Source: Gnetum montanum
Lineage: Eukaryota > Plantae > Gnetophyta
Direction: 5' to 3'
Length of the DNA: 64,000 bases
Assembly: GCA_015680685.1 (NCBI GenBank)
Contig: MNCI01003473.1
Coordinates: 196,835-260,834, forward strand
Shown one piece after another: positions 40,901 through 54,600 of the stretch (positions within the stretch are counted from its first letter, which is position 1; the number at the start of each line of letters is the position of its first letter). The position numbers and the translations under genes were made by a program. The notes under the pieces were generated by a model. The model saw nothing but the letters and a program-made list of their open reading frames with translations, had not been told where the DNA came from and ran no database searches.

Positions 40901-41539
40901 CATGCTTAATGAGGTCTAAAATATTTATAATATTCTACTATTATCTTAGATAGGAACAAGAATTAAGAAGTGTTGAAGAAGATGCTTTTGCTCACTTGTG
41001 ATCATATTGTCCAATGAGATTATTTGTTCTAATAATGCTTGGTCTAGCCTGTCAACAAGAACAAACATGACAACTAAAGAAATGGGATTAGTGTTAGATG
41101 TAATATTACTTTAGATAAGAGTGTTTTATTGTGTTGGCTAGCTCATTTTTATTTAAGTTAGCTAGCTTGAAGGCTCCATTTCCATAAGCTTTGATCATCG
41201 AAAAAGGTCCCTTTCAATTTGATAAAAACTTAAAATCAAGTTTATGAATAGCTTTTAGAACTATGTTCAATGTTTTTGGTGGTCAATAGGTTTAAGGTCT
41301 AGATATTCTTGATTTAACTAAAGTGTAATGGTACTAAAAGGTCTAGAAAGGTGTAATGATTAACTGATTTAATGCAACATCTCCATTCTAAGATCCTACA
41401 CATTAGGTAAAATAAACAAGGATTACAAGGCATGTACATTAGAAATTATTGAATAACCAACATTGTTAAATGATAACTATCGATTGTTAGTGTATAATGT
41501 TTAAGCAAAAAAAGGGAACTAATGTATAACTGCAACATA

Positions 41540-41810
41540 AATTGAGAAAAATAGTGAAATTACATTGGATAGCATAAATTATACATAAATATGAAAATTA
41601 TGCTATGTAGTCTAATTTTTACATAACTTTACAAATTACATTAGGTAGTGTAAATTATGTGTAATTTTTGTAAATTATGTTGGATAGCATAAATTGTATG
41701 TTTATGCCATGTTGGAGATATTTATGTCACGTTACAAGATTTATGCTACGTTGAAAATTTACACTATCTTATAGAATATACACTATGCTCAAGATTTACA
41801 CTATATGAAT
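41540..41810. repeat. Degenerate short tandem repeat array
   Basis: Recurring ATTTA(T/C)(G/A)CTA(T/C)G and its reverse GCATAAATT at ~20-bp spacing. Confidence 0.55.
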
Positions 41811-42399
41811 GAACTTAGCTAGCGTAACAGTAATTGATGAAAATTTTTTTTGGATTACATTGATTGTAAGCTAGTGTTTAAGAAGAATTTGGAAATGATT
41901 AAACTGGTGAAAATCATATGCTTCGTAGGGGTCACACTCTAAAATTTTAGTTCAAACCTAAAGACATAATCCTTTGTTCATCATTAAAGGTAAGTTGTTA
42001 TGATTATTATTTCAGTTTCATTTGTTTACATTTGTTATCATGAATGAAAATTACATCTTTTATTGCTAACAAGATCATAGTAGCAGTGGTGGTGAGGAAA
42101 TTTCTCTAGACCCAATGATATAGTTTTCTATTTCCTTTATCTTGCTTTTATCTACATTTTTGTACTTTTATTATATTTTCAGGACATATTTTTTGAACTA
42201 TTTATTAGGCCATAGGGTAACTATGTAATGAAAAGATCTATAATGTAACATACATTATTCTATTTCACTTTTGTTTACATTATATTCTACTATTAACTAA
42301 GATAAACAAAGTAAGAAGATAGGGAAAAACATGCCACTAGTTTAAATAAAATATCCAAATAAAAGTAAGATCAACAACCCACATGAATGGTAACTAAGA

Positions 42400-45300
42400 A
42401 AATGTGTTAATTACAAAGTTGTTTCTAGAGTTTTAATAAGTTGGGAAACTCCTTGTGAATGGTTATGTACTCTATGATTCCCTTGTCAACAAGTTCAAAC
42501 AACATTTCATCCCAAGCTTCAAGGCTTCATCGATAATGAATTACTTAGAAGGCTATGTATCTATAGATTTAGCCATAGGCTTAGATTCATCTATAGTATC
42601 TTGGGGTTTATTAGACTCTATAACTTCTTCCAGTAGCTCTAAAACCAATCCCTATTTGAGGTGATTACTAGGAGAAGAGATTACATTATCACAATGAATA
42701 ATAATCTTATCACCTTCATAAGGGAGATGAATCTCTTAATGGATAGGTAATGAGACTATTCCTATCTTAGCCAACAAAGGTCTATCCAAGATTAGGTTGA
42801 AGCTAGGTATTTCCTTGACAACTTAAAAGTTCATAGAAGTGGAGAATTAATTCCCAACCACAAAATCTAAAAGGATAGAACCCCATACTATTAGCCATCT
42901 ACCATTAAAATATTTTAGGGATATAATAGAGGTTTCTTAGATGTTTAGCTAAGTCTAGGCATTCCAAAATAGAGAAGGAAATGACATTGATCATTGTGCC
43001 ATCATTGACATGTATGTGATGAACCTTGTATTCTCTAATGCATATGGTGAGAAAGAGAAGGGCACATAAAATTTTTCCATTCTAGGTATCAACTTTAATT
43101 TTGTTATTATTAAAGGTTAATGGTATTCTTCATATCTCGTCATTAGTAGTCTATAGCATGATGACTAAGTTTATAACCTCCTCTTGACTGGGCACACTAG
43201 AGTCTATGGGGATAAAGGTTAATAGCTTAACCCAAGCATTACAATGAGCCTATGAGCTTATGGAAAAGTCATAAACGTTGAGAGATATGTTCTTTTGTTT
43301 TAATGATTATTTAACTTATTTTAATGTTGTAGAAAACCCTTGTTGATAGGTATCTACTTATCATTGTGTGGATCCTTCACTTCTTCTATCTTCCCTAACA
43401 TCTTGAGTTAATGTTTGAGTAAAGGTTATATTGGCTGCTTGGATATAGGTAGTTTGAAAGCTTTTTTTGGTTGGCTTGTTGATGATGATTGGGAGGGATG
43501 AATTCATGGGTATCATTAAGATAATGATTAGCCTATGGGGATCTACCTATTTTCATACCTTAGGCTATTGGATATATTTCCTAGGATTAACTATCATTTT
43601 ATTAATTACGAGTTTCTATTGTTATGGAGAAGAGACCCTTTTGGTCAGTGGAGATAATGTAGAGACATTGACAACAATCAAAGCATATTGGCTACGTGAG
43701 GTAAGGGGGTTTATTGGTACTTTAATAATAAATTACTTTTTAGCAATTGAAGAAGCTACGATTACTTGTTGAAGCCACAAAGAAGTTGATGGTGGGATTC
43801 TTATGATAGAAGGCTCTTTGGGAAGTAAAAATGATTATTCTTTGATGAAAAAATGCTTTTTAGGAGGCACTTTAATCATGAAAGGTTTCCTAGGTGAACT
43901 ATACTTACTAGATTTTGTAATAATGACTATTGTGTAAGCATCATTACTAGCATTTAGAGGGTCCTTAAACACTTACATACTCTAGTTTTGGACCCTAACA
44001 AGGTTAGATTCATCTAGTATGAGTTTTTCATTATCAATCATCTTTTACAGATAATCCTTTAAGGTTAGAAAAATATCAATTTTGTGATCCAAAAATTGGT
44101 GATAATGGGAAAAAATATATACATAGAAGTATTTAGGTAGTAGTGGATCATCTTTGGTGGCCACAACATGATCTAGAGCTATTCTACTTAGACAATCATG
44201 TCTTTTCCTAGAATATATAGATAATCACTTATGTTGAATGTGATTATTTTTTAGCAATTGATCAAAGAGTTAAAAGGATTTCATGGGTATTTTAGTTTAC
44301 TTAGATCAATATTTTCATTCAAAATTAGTTCTCATTTTCTTTGAGATAGATAATGTTGGTGGTTAGTTAGAAATAGAAAGTGTTGGTTGTGATGATTTTA
44401 GCTATTGTGTTTGATGTTCTAATTAATCTTCTTATTTGGATTCCTTAGCCATAGTATCCATACTTGTATGCATTGATTGTTGCTTAGCCTTGTGTTTATC
44501 TTTTTCAAAATGTTGGCTTTTGTATGCTATGTAGGCCAAATCATTACTTGCCTCATTTGCTTCTTCAATGTGTTTGATCTATTAAAAGGCTTAACCAAGT
44601 GTGTATGAATTCAAGTAGTAAAGCTTAGACCTAATGAAATCATTCAAAGCTTCCTTAAAGAGGACTAACAAATGAGTCTCGAAGATGGGCTTAGGAATTT
44701 ATTTTAGGGTTAAATTCCATCTTTGAATAAACTTTTGGACTAGCTCTAGAGGACCTTTCCTTACCCTCATAAGTTGGTCTAGCATGGTTTATAGCTTCAA
44801 GTTTTACTTGAAGTCATTAATAAATGGGGTATTTAGGTCATCTAGGGAATTGATGAAATTTTAAAATAATGAATGATACCAATCTTAGGTTTTACCTATT
44901 AGAGACCTAGGAAATACTCATAATAATGTATGAGGCCAAGACTACAACAAGAGATACTTAGATCCCAAAGTGATCATATGGGCGTTATGTTCTTCTTCAC
45001 CATTTTACCTGGTGAAATTTGGGATGGGAATTCTAGCTAGCAAGGTTATTTATGGTACATGGGAGCTAATGAAATCATCCTAGTAAAAATTCATTATTTT
45101 GACAATTTGGGATGTAGTTGCCTTAAGTTTCCAAAATTCTTCAATGAGGTCTTATGTCATATGGTAGGCTTGATTTAGAACTTGAGGCATATTGGTAGGT
45201 TGAGTAGGAGCTATAAATTATTGGGCATGACATCTTTGGATGGTCAATTTAGGTGAAGGTGGTATGAGATGCATAGGTGTAGTGAAGGAGTTTTTAAACA

Positions 45301-45800
45301 ATGAAAATAATATCTACGAGTTGGCATGTGATTGCAAATACATAGCACATATAGTCGTAATAGGTTGATGCATAGAAAAAGAAGGCTGGGGGTGGTAAAC
45401 TAAATGAGGTTGAGACACAGTTGTTACATGAGGAATAGGGGTTGTGGTAGTAAAAACAGTATTAACATATGGTACTTATTGAGAAGTTTGTGTGATGAGG
45501 GGGATAGAAAGAATTTGAGGGATTACTAGGGTAGCTTGGGATAAGTTGATTGTAAACATATTTGAGGCTATGTCTTGTAGGGGTTCTTCTATCTATGGAT
45601 CAACTTCAAGAAAAGTACTTAAATTGGTTGGGTAACTTTGGCTTTGTACTTGAACTTTGTTCTTACAAGTAATGACTTCTTCATTAGTGTCAATAAGTTA
45701 GGCTAACATGTTAACAAAAACATATATAACTTTGATCTTGTCATGTGAGGAAGGGATGTACTCCTTGCCTTTCCTATGAATTACCTCATATTAGCACTTG
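42400..45800 (-). pseudogene. Decayed Tat/Ogre-type gag-protease of element Y; no RT/RH/INT seen downstream
   Basis: PSFNLILDRPLLAKIG..IH (~42810-42740) matches the YNLLLGRPW..A..S.LH motif. Retrotransposon-gag-like region ~45050-44600. Confidence 0.72.
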
Positions 45801-46347
45801 AAGTCAAGTTCCTTATGTAGGGTACATAGACCACCTTATATTTTGGCATAAATAAAATTATGGAAATCTTAAGTGATATTTGAAAAAGCAGAATATTAGC
45901 CAAAACTCAGAAAGAAATGAAAATTTTCTACAATAATAAGACCTTTAGGTCATAGATACAATTAGAGTTTTATTTACTTGCCATGTAGATAATGATATAT
46001 AGTAGAATAGAAGAATAATAATTCATAAACCAGAAAACAAGCAAAGATTGTGATATAGGAGAGTAACAGTGTGTAGGGTGAATAGGAAAAATTAGAGAAC
46101 ATATATATTGCAACATAATTATGGCAGTGTGATGTTAGGGGATGGATAATGCAACACAATTAGATGGCAAATTTTTTCATGACATAATTATCAAGAACTC
46201 TAAAAATTGAAAAACAATGAATGTTTAATAGAGGGAATCACAATGTAAAGCAAGGGTTTTTAGTGGCATAGCATGAGAGCGTAATCTAGGGTTTATACAA
46301 TGTAGCATAAACCATGGATTAGCATAAACAAGGAGTAAATGTAAAAA

Positions 46348-46366
46348 GACCCTCCTTCTAGTGCTA
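46348..46366 (-). promoter_or_regulatory. Primer binding site complementary to tRNA-Asn (element Y)
   Basis: Plus strand GACCCTCCTTCTAGTGCTA matches the plant tRNA-Asn 3' end CCCTCCTTCTAGCG-CCA with C>T changes. Adjacent to the LTR. Confidence 0.75.
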
Positions 46367-46372
46367 GAAAAC

Positions 46373-47480
46373 TATAGTCATGGAAAGAATCAAATACTGG
46401 AGAGTCAAAAAAATTTGTAACTAAAACAGTTTTACCCTAGACCTACATGGGCCTAAGAAGCAAGTCTAGGATGCCTTAGTCTCACAAGAAGCATTATCAC
46501 CTAAGGACTTATGGACTAGTAATGAATGTGATATGTACAAAAATAAAGAAAAAAAATATGTAAATATAACTGACTTACTATATCTAGTAGATATTTGGCA
46601 AGAAATAAAAAGAAAAATTTAAATGCAAGAACAATGGAAATAACTGAAAAATATTGTACACTTATATTAAAGCATGCAAAAAGTTTAGAGAGTATAGATA
46701 TGGTCACAAAGAGGCCTAAGAAATGCCAAATCCTTGGCCACATGGGGGAAGGCTTTAAGGTTGCTCTAATTACAAAGTTTCTCTAGATGTTGGTTGACTC
46801 TAGGGTTGATTTATTCTTGAAAATATTAGAAGAATTGTTTCACATGTGGAGCTTTTCTACCCTCCTCAAGATCCTTTTGTAAAGAATGTTGGCTTCAGGA
46901 TCCTCTTGTGAAAAGGAGCTATTTCAAGATACTCCTATGGAAAGAGGTTATTTTAGGCTATAGGTTTGTTATGAATTAATGTTTATGGTTGCCACAGCTA
47001 GTTCATGTTGTTTTATACTTTCTACTCTTTGAAAGATTTCTAAGTGCACCAAAATTCTCTCAAAATTCTATCAAAACCTCCCTTGAAGTGTTGATTTTGA
47101 CTTTTATAGATCCAAAATACACTATTGTTCATGTTGAGATAGTTGTATAAGCTATTGAGCATAATCAGGAATCTTGTTTTCTCAACATTAACTTTTGTAG
47201 CATGTTTTCCAACATATTCTTTAAAATACATTATGGACCAAACATATGCTAGAATATATTTATGTTGAGAGTTTTATGCCTTATGTTGAGATTACATTTG
47301 AAAGAATTTTAAATAGAATAGAAGTGCTACAACATGGGTTTTCTGAAAGGAATTACATGATCACTTTTACACTTGATCCTTACTTTAGAATTATAAATGA
47401 ATTACATGATCAAGACTTTGTAAAGTTTTTGGTCTACTTAATTTGAAATCAAAACTTGACCTTTCTATTCAAATTAGACT
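46373..47480 (-). repeat. 5' LTR of element Y (interrupted near its far end by X2)
   Basis: Colinear with the three pieces of the 3' LTR. Contains the empty target sites ATGTT (~47005) and CAAAA (~47113). Confidence 0.85.
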
Positions 47481-47968
47481 TGAATGTTTTATGTGTTTTA
47501 ATATGTTTCATACAACATCACAAATATGATGTATCTAAAACTAGTAAAGTTTATAAATACTATCTACCTAACACATTGAATGCATCTTTTGATCATAATA
47601 ATAGTCATATTCTTATAGTTTGTTTTCAAAATGCTTAGAATTTATTAGAAAGTGCTTACAGTATGAATTCAAATTAACTATACAAAGTCTTATTCCAATG
47701 GACTGTACCCAGATTCCATCCATGAATAGCAAGAAGATTAAGATTCATTCTAGTTCATTGCAACACTTTGACATAAGCTAAATTTACATTTAATACACTT
47801 TATTTTCATGTAATTTAGTTAACCTTTACTACACTATGCACTTAGCTAATAATTTATAATTCATTGCCAATTAATTATGTAAATGAAATATGACCATTTT
47901 AAAACATAAATGTATTAATGTTTGGTAATACTAATGGCATGCCACTTGGTATGCCCAATTGTAGACGT

Positions 47969-49070
47969 TGTGGAACAAGAACTTAGAAGGGGGGTTGAAT
48001 AAGTTTTCCTAATTTAAATGTTGTAGCCACCAAAAACAAACATAAATTTTACATGATTTCTCAACTTGGGTACATCCACACTCAGAGGGTAGAATCTGTG
48101 CACACCTCTAGAATTTGTTTCTTCAAGATGTGGTTTGAAGGATATCATACCCTGTACAAGCTTTGAGCTCCACTCTGGAGTGTTTCATTGTTACAAAACC
48201 ACTCAACCCTACAAGATCCTAACAAGGTTAAAATGTGGTTTAGAGGATCCCACAACCTTTACAAAATTAAGCTCCACACCAGTGTTTTGTCACTATAAAA
48301 CTATGTAACCTTGTAATGTCCTAACAAGCTCAACAAAAATTTCTTCTCACAAGAAGCATATCAACCCCATAGGGCTATAAGAAATAAAGAAAAAGAACAA
48401 GGAAAGAGTGTAACTTGATTTACAAAACCTTGTACTTGAAACTCAATACAATTAAAATAAGAAAATGATGATACAATAAAGAGAAAATAAAAATTCACTT
48501 AGAATAGCCAGTGATAAGTTTTTCAATGAATAGTGCTTGCATATTTCCAAGATTTTCATTTTGTCTTATAGCTATGGAGTTTTTGAAAACTCCTGAGAAT
48601 TCATGCGATAGCTATCAAACAACTAGTATAGACATCTACTTCAAAGTTTATACATCTATCTAAGAGTATTGTCGATGCATAAGAGACATCTACTTGAAAG
48701 TGTAGACATCTTCCTATAGATGTCTATTGATAGACATCTGTCCTCAAAGATAGACATATGCTATTTGTACCAGACATCTACTTTCTAGAAGCACTTGAAG
48801 ATATGAAGCATTTCTTTGATCCTTGGGCTTCTCAATAGTTCTAAGAACATCTTCATTTGGCTTGTAGACTTCATTAACATCCATGCTCTTATCTTGTGCA
48901 CTTAGTCTTCGTTTTGACATCTCATCATGGATCTTGTTCTTAATGTCTTATTTCTTAGTTTGAAGTTATTTGTTGATTAATTCTTTAATGGCCCTACAAG
49001 ACCACAATCACACACATACATTCTATATTCTTCATTTTCTCTAAGGTTTTGACATACCAAAAGGTCAAGA
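47969..49070 (-). mobile_element. Solo LTR of the Sirevirus-like family
   Basis: Same termini as the other family LTRs, with no PBS or PPT. Host LTR continues on both sides. TSD GACGT/AACAC differs only by transitions. Confidence 0.85.
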
Positions 49071-51398
49071 AACACTTCATAACCTAGTAATGTTAGCATA
49101 AGTTTAGGATGTATATAACAAGTTGAAATTGAATGCTCATCACATAGGCTAGACTAGACTTACTTCTCATACTTAGCTTGAGTTTAATTACATTTTAATA
49201 TTTTAGTATCATTTTATCATGCCCTAAATAACATCAAAATCATATGACTTAATTACACTTAACCATACACACTAGGGTCACAAAACTATGATTATAAATT
49301 ATCTACATATCACACTACTCTACTTTATAAATTTTGATTAATTAACTTGCATACACTTATGATTAAGCATTGGAATTGCTTACCACTCATCATTGGCACT
49401 ACTATTAAGGGCTTAGTGATAGTAATCTAGATAGTTAGAATTATTCATGATCATTTTTAAAAGTTAAATGATTTATCAATTAGAAAGTAATATAATTTTA
49501 TTCAAAACACATATAATAATTCAAAATTTATTTTTCTCATAAAGCTTATTTTGTCCCTATTAACAATTCTACTAGGGAACATGATAGAACAACTAAAAGT
49601 AGAGACAATGTATCCTACTAAGTTAAGATCATTTACCAGTTCTTGTATCCTTACTATCTAGAATTCATCTTTATCATTCACTAAGATAAATAGATGGGGT
49701 GAAGGAACCTAGAAGAAAACATTATTTTACCTTCTATTCATTCATTCCCATCAATGCTTATGATAGCATTAATTAAGATTAGACTAGATATAATTGTCAT
49801 TAACTACAAGGTGGCTGATGCGATGTCTAGGACTTATCAATCCATTGAAGCCTAACTTTACAAGGATTATTTCATGGATACATACAATGAAGTAGTAAAG
49901 GGAAAGTGATTTATCATAACATTGATATCATAGTCTAAAAAGGTGAACACAAAATATTACTCAGCTAGATTCAATTATCAAAATCATTTTCCCTTCAATG
50001 TAGATGATGTGACAAATCCTTAGCTATGTTTAGTTTTGGAAATCAACCAATGAATCAAGAGAATAAGATCCAACATAAGGAGCACCTATAGGCCTAGATC
50101 TTCTAGTAGGCCACCCATAGATAACCAAAAAATTCACAAAAGAAGAGTAAGTTGGCATAGCCCTTCTAGTTAGCCATCATCCTCATTATCAAGCTCTAAT
50201 AAGGATGGGCATGACTAGAAATAATGGAAAATAGTAGATGATTTGATGAAGATAATAGAAGAAATCATCACAAATATGAAGGAAGACATGATTGATGAAA
50301 TAGAAAAATAGGGCACTTATATGAAAGAAGACATAGTAGGTAACATAGAAGAGAACATAATCATGATATGTACCATGATGAATGAGATAATTATGATGAA
50401 TCTCTACTTTCTACAAGGAATATAATGAATACTAGAAAGGTTTTTGACATACCAACTAGGCATCAAAGAGATAGCTAGATCAAATAGCTAAACATGAACA
50501 ATATCCCCAAATTTAAGGGAGATTATAATGTTGATCCATAACATCATCTACAAGAATTTTTTGATGTCTATACCTTACAAAATATTGAAAATAAATGATA
50601 AAATCTAAAGCTATTACTAAGAATACCTAACAAGAAAGCCAAAAGTTGGCACCAATCCTTGGAACCAAGATCTATCAAGTAGTCAAGTATGATGTTGGAG
50701 TTATTTAATGGTAAGTATCAAATGTACTCTAAGGTTTCCAACTTAAGAAAGTAGATTTAAGGATGAAGATATAATAACCATGAATCCCTTGATGTAGCCT
50801 TGAATAAATACTATTCCTTGCTACATAGATGCCTAGATCATGGCTTCTCTCAAAGAAAATGTTTAAGGCACACCATAGATAAAGTCTAGATTAAAATCAA
50901 AGAAACCCTTGGGATCTATACCCAAGAAAGAATTTTAGAAATGCAAGATCATATGATCCAAATACTTATTAATAAAGTAGCAAAAGAGGAATTTTAACTT
51001 AGGAAATAAGAAATTACTGAGAAGTACAACAAGAATCCATCTTTCTATAAAACAAAGATTCATTTCTATGAACTAGAAGAGGATGCATCATTAGAAGAAA
51101 TGATCCAATAGGAAACCTTGTCAATCCAAAAATATATTACTAAAATATTAGCTATGGTTGAGAAAATATGGTATTGAAAAGCTCCCATGAATTCCATAAT
51201 CCAAGCTCTCTTAATGTCACAAAATAGTATATTTAAATAAGAAAAGAATATGAAACTTGTATTCTTGCTCAAATGGAGAATTTAGAATTGAAAGGAAGCA
51301 CACATTTCCTAGGATAGATAAGATATTTAATCATTCTCTCGCACTCAATCAAAGAAAATATACTCTCACATGGATGATGCTCAAGGCATCTAGCCAAG

Positions 51399-51399
<1 letters not shown>

Positions 51400-51436
<37 letters not shown>
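51400..51436. repeat. (CT)n microsatellite
   Basis: Direct reading. Confidence 0.95.
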
Positions 51437-51438
<2 letters not shown>

Positions 51439-51612
51439 CTCACCTCTCTCTCCTTAGATTTTCTTAGTCAAAATGAAGGTCCAAGAAGTCTATTTATATC
51501 CTTCCCACCTTTCTCTTCATCTTCCCTCTTTAAATTTAAAATGTGGCTGTTTAAAAATCCATACAAAATTATCTCATGTTTGTATGAGACAACTTGGAGC
51601 AGAATGGACCAT

Positions 51613-54600
51613 TGATGAACCCCAAATTATTTTAGTTTTTAACTTATTAAAGGCTTACTTTTTTATTGTTCATTGTTTTACCATATGAAATATTATCAAT
51701 TTTTTTAATAACTATTGATAAGTACTAATTTCTTTATTAATTCTTTCTTATCACAGGATACCGCTAGAGTCGATAAATATCGATAAGATATAAAACAACA
51801 TCATAAATTTCGATATTTTTTAAAGGAAACCATATTGATCTACATAGCTTATATTGATTTAAATTAATATCATTAGACCAAAACTACCTAGACCTTCCAG
51901 GAATGTAGATATCAATCCATATCGAAGCTAATATGCATATGGAGAATCGATAAAGATAGTAGTTGTGATATAGATTGATAATATTAGATAAGCAAACTAC
52001 ACCACAGAGAAAATGGAGATATCAATCCATACTATGGGCATGCCTAGAATCTATGATTGAAGGACATCAACAACACAATATAGTTCAATACAGTAGTATT
52101 AATCCTTATCGATTCCCTCGATGGAGATTGATATGTCTATTTTGTTAATTTTTCCTATTTATAATGTAAGCTACTCTAGTATAAAAGGGAGAGCATCACA
52201 CCCAATGAGGGGCCATCCAAGGGGCACCCAGGGAGAACCCAAGGGATTCAATACTTGAGGGGAATACCTAGAGTTGATACCCAAGAGAACCCATGTTAAG
52301 TTGAAATCATTTTTTCTTGAAGAATTGTTAATTGAGGATTTGTTGAGCCTTGTGGCAACTATAAACCATTGGAGTCCATTGTCAAGCAACCGAGCTATTG
52401 AGGTTGTTCTGTTGTGGAAATAGTAAGGTAGAATCATAGATTAGGTAAAGTCTCCCTTGTAATCCTCATAATCTATGCTTGTATTTATGATTTCAAGTTG
52501 ATTGAATCATTAATTTTCACTCTTGAACTTAAGATTAGAAGTTAGGATGAAGATTTATGATTTTACTTATGAGCAATAGTCATAAGTGTCAGATTTGATT
52601 GGATTTGATTCTAATTATTATTTCTCTTGATGATATTTTTTAAGTTTGAACTATTCCTTCATGGATACGAGTCGTGGATTAGTCACAAATGAGGTGAAAT
52701 CTCTACAATGAAGATAATAATGAAGGCAACTTAGCACCAAACTTTGGCTGGCTTGTCAATTTGGCATCATTGCTAGGGAGGTCAAAAAAGTCAATCTTCA
52801 TTAAGGATTTAGTATATTTTATTTTTATTTTTTAGATCTCTTTTCAAAATTTAATTGAATCTTTGAAAAAGATTTGCATTGTTTCCATTTCATTTCATTT
52901 TCTTTTGTTTCATAGTGGTAGAAATGGTCTCCCTTAATTATTTTTCTTGTAAGAATTAAAATAAAAAATTTAAAAATAAGAAAAAATCATAAACCCAATA
53001 ATCAGTTATAAAAAATTGCAATTAAGGTAGTAATTATATGAACAATTAAGTAAATTTGTAAATTTTTAGGATTAATTACTCATGAATGTGCTAGGAAAGG
53101 GTGTGCCTGTTAAATGATATCAAATAAGCAATAAAAAGTTCTAAAATGAATTTAACCTTATGGAAATACCACAAGTTATTAGAAACATACTTGAATTGAT
53201 TTGAAGTAACCTCAAGAGGAACAAGGACATCCTAGTTTACAAAATAGATTTCTATTTTGATTCCATTAACCACAAACATCCTTGAGAAACAAAGAATTTT
53301 AGTCAAATATAATATTATATAAAGTAAAAATAATTAAGGGAAAACCAATAGTCTACAAATTTTATCTTGAAAAATGTAGAGAGTAATAGGAAATTCTATT
53401 GTTAGTTTGGAGTATAAAGAATTTTGTAGTATCATGTCTAGAATGCAAGGGAGATGGACAACTCCCCCAACCTTAAGATAGCCTGTCTTAAACTCAAAAT
53501 ACAACTAAGGGTGAGCCTTATATTAATAACTAAATTACACATAATAAACTCTATTGTTTTTCAAACAATGTTTCTTAAGTACAAAGTTTAATAAGTCAAG
53601 GGGTCAAAATAGCTAAGTTTAGGCTAATGATTATAAGTGTATAGTTTCTATTAATTACCTACTTGGATAAGTTAATAAGGTGGAAAGGGTGTGTTATGTT
53701 GGGACTAGCCTCTGTGGTGGTAAAGACATCTAACAATATAAAGCAAGATCAACACCCATGTGAGTAACCCATAAAAAATGAATTTGGCTTCCACAAGAAC
53801 CTCATGATTGAAGGTGGTCAAATATAGATATTCTTGAAAAAAAAATAGAAAAGATAAAAAAAAAATGAAAAATAGAAAATTTTTAATGAAAAAAAAAGTA
53901 ATATTGCAAAAAAAAGAAAAAATGAAGAAAAAAATGGCTCCACAAAAACCTTCAATCATGAGCATAGCCACACTCCCACAAATGCCTTATAGTTGGGGTG
54001 ATGCTCAAAACTCATAATTTTAAGCATCCCACAAGAACCACCTTTTGTGAGCTAAGTGATTAAGGGTGGAGTAGTGATCACCAATAAAACAAGAATGTCA
54101 TCACTTTAGAGCTAGGATATAACATGGGAAGTAAAGGATTGACTCATCTAAAGTAAGTATCTTAATGGATACCCTTACTTCTAATCATTCCCATTACTTA
54201 GCTTATTTAGTCCCTTAACTTGTGCTACTTCATACCTAAAGGATTGTTGTTTTTTAGGTTTTCTTTTCCATTTCACTTTTCCATTTTTCATTATCCCTCC
54301 ATTATTTTATCCAAGCTACCAACTATTGTGTTCACTGGTAATTAAAACCCTTTAATCCTTCAATTGATTCCCAAAATGTTTTCCATACGTGTTAGCAGTT
54401 GAGATCCCTACTATGGTTAAGCACAATGGATACTAATGATTGGAAGATCAAAGGTTACTTTTGTCTCATGTATAGGGGAGCATATATAAAACCCATGGCA
54501 TTGTTGTTTTTGGTTTGTTCTCCTAAGTAGTCTTTGGTCTAATCTCAATATTATTTAACTAATTAACCTAGATATGGGACATATCCTAATTTAATTAGGG

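Noticed and set aside
36760-41810. Short repeat arrays as CRISPR-like
   Set aside because: Degenerate tandem units without constant repeats and unique spacers, in a plant retrotransposon context.
46348-46366. tRNA-Asn gene
   Set aside because: Only the 3' ~18 nt match and it abuts an LTR, so it is a primer binding site.
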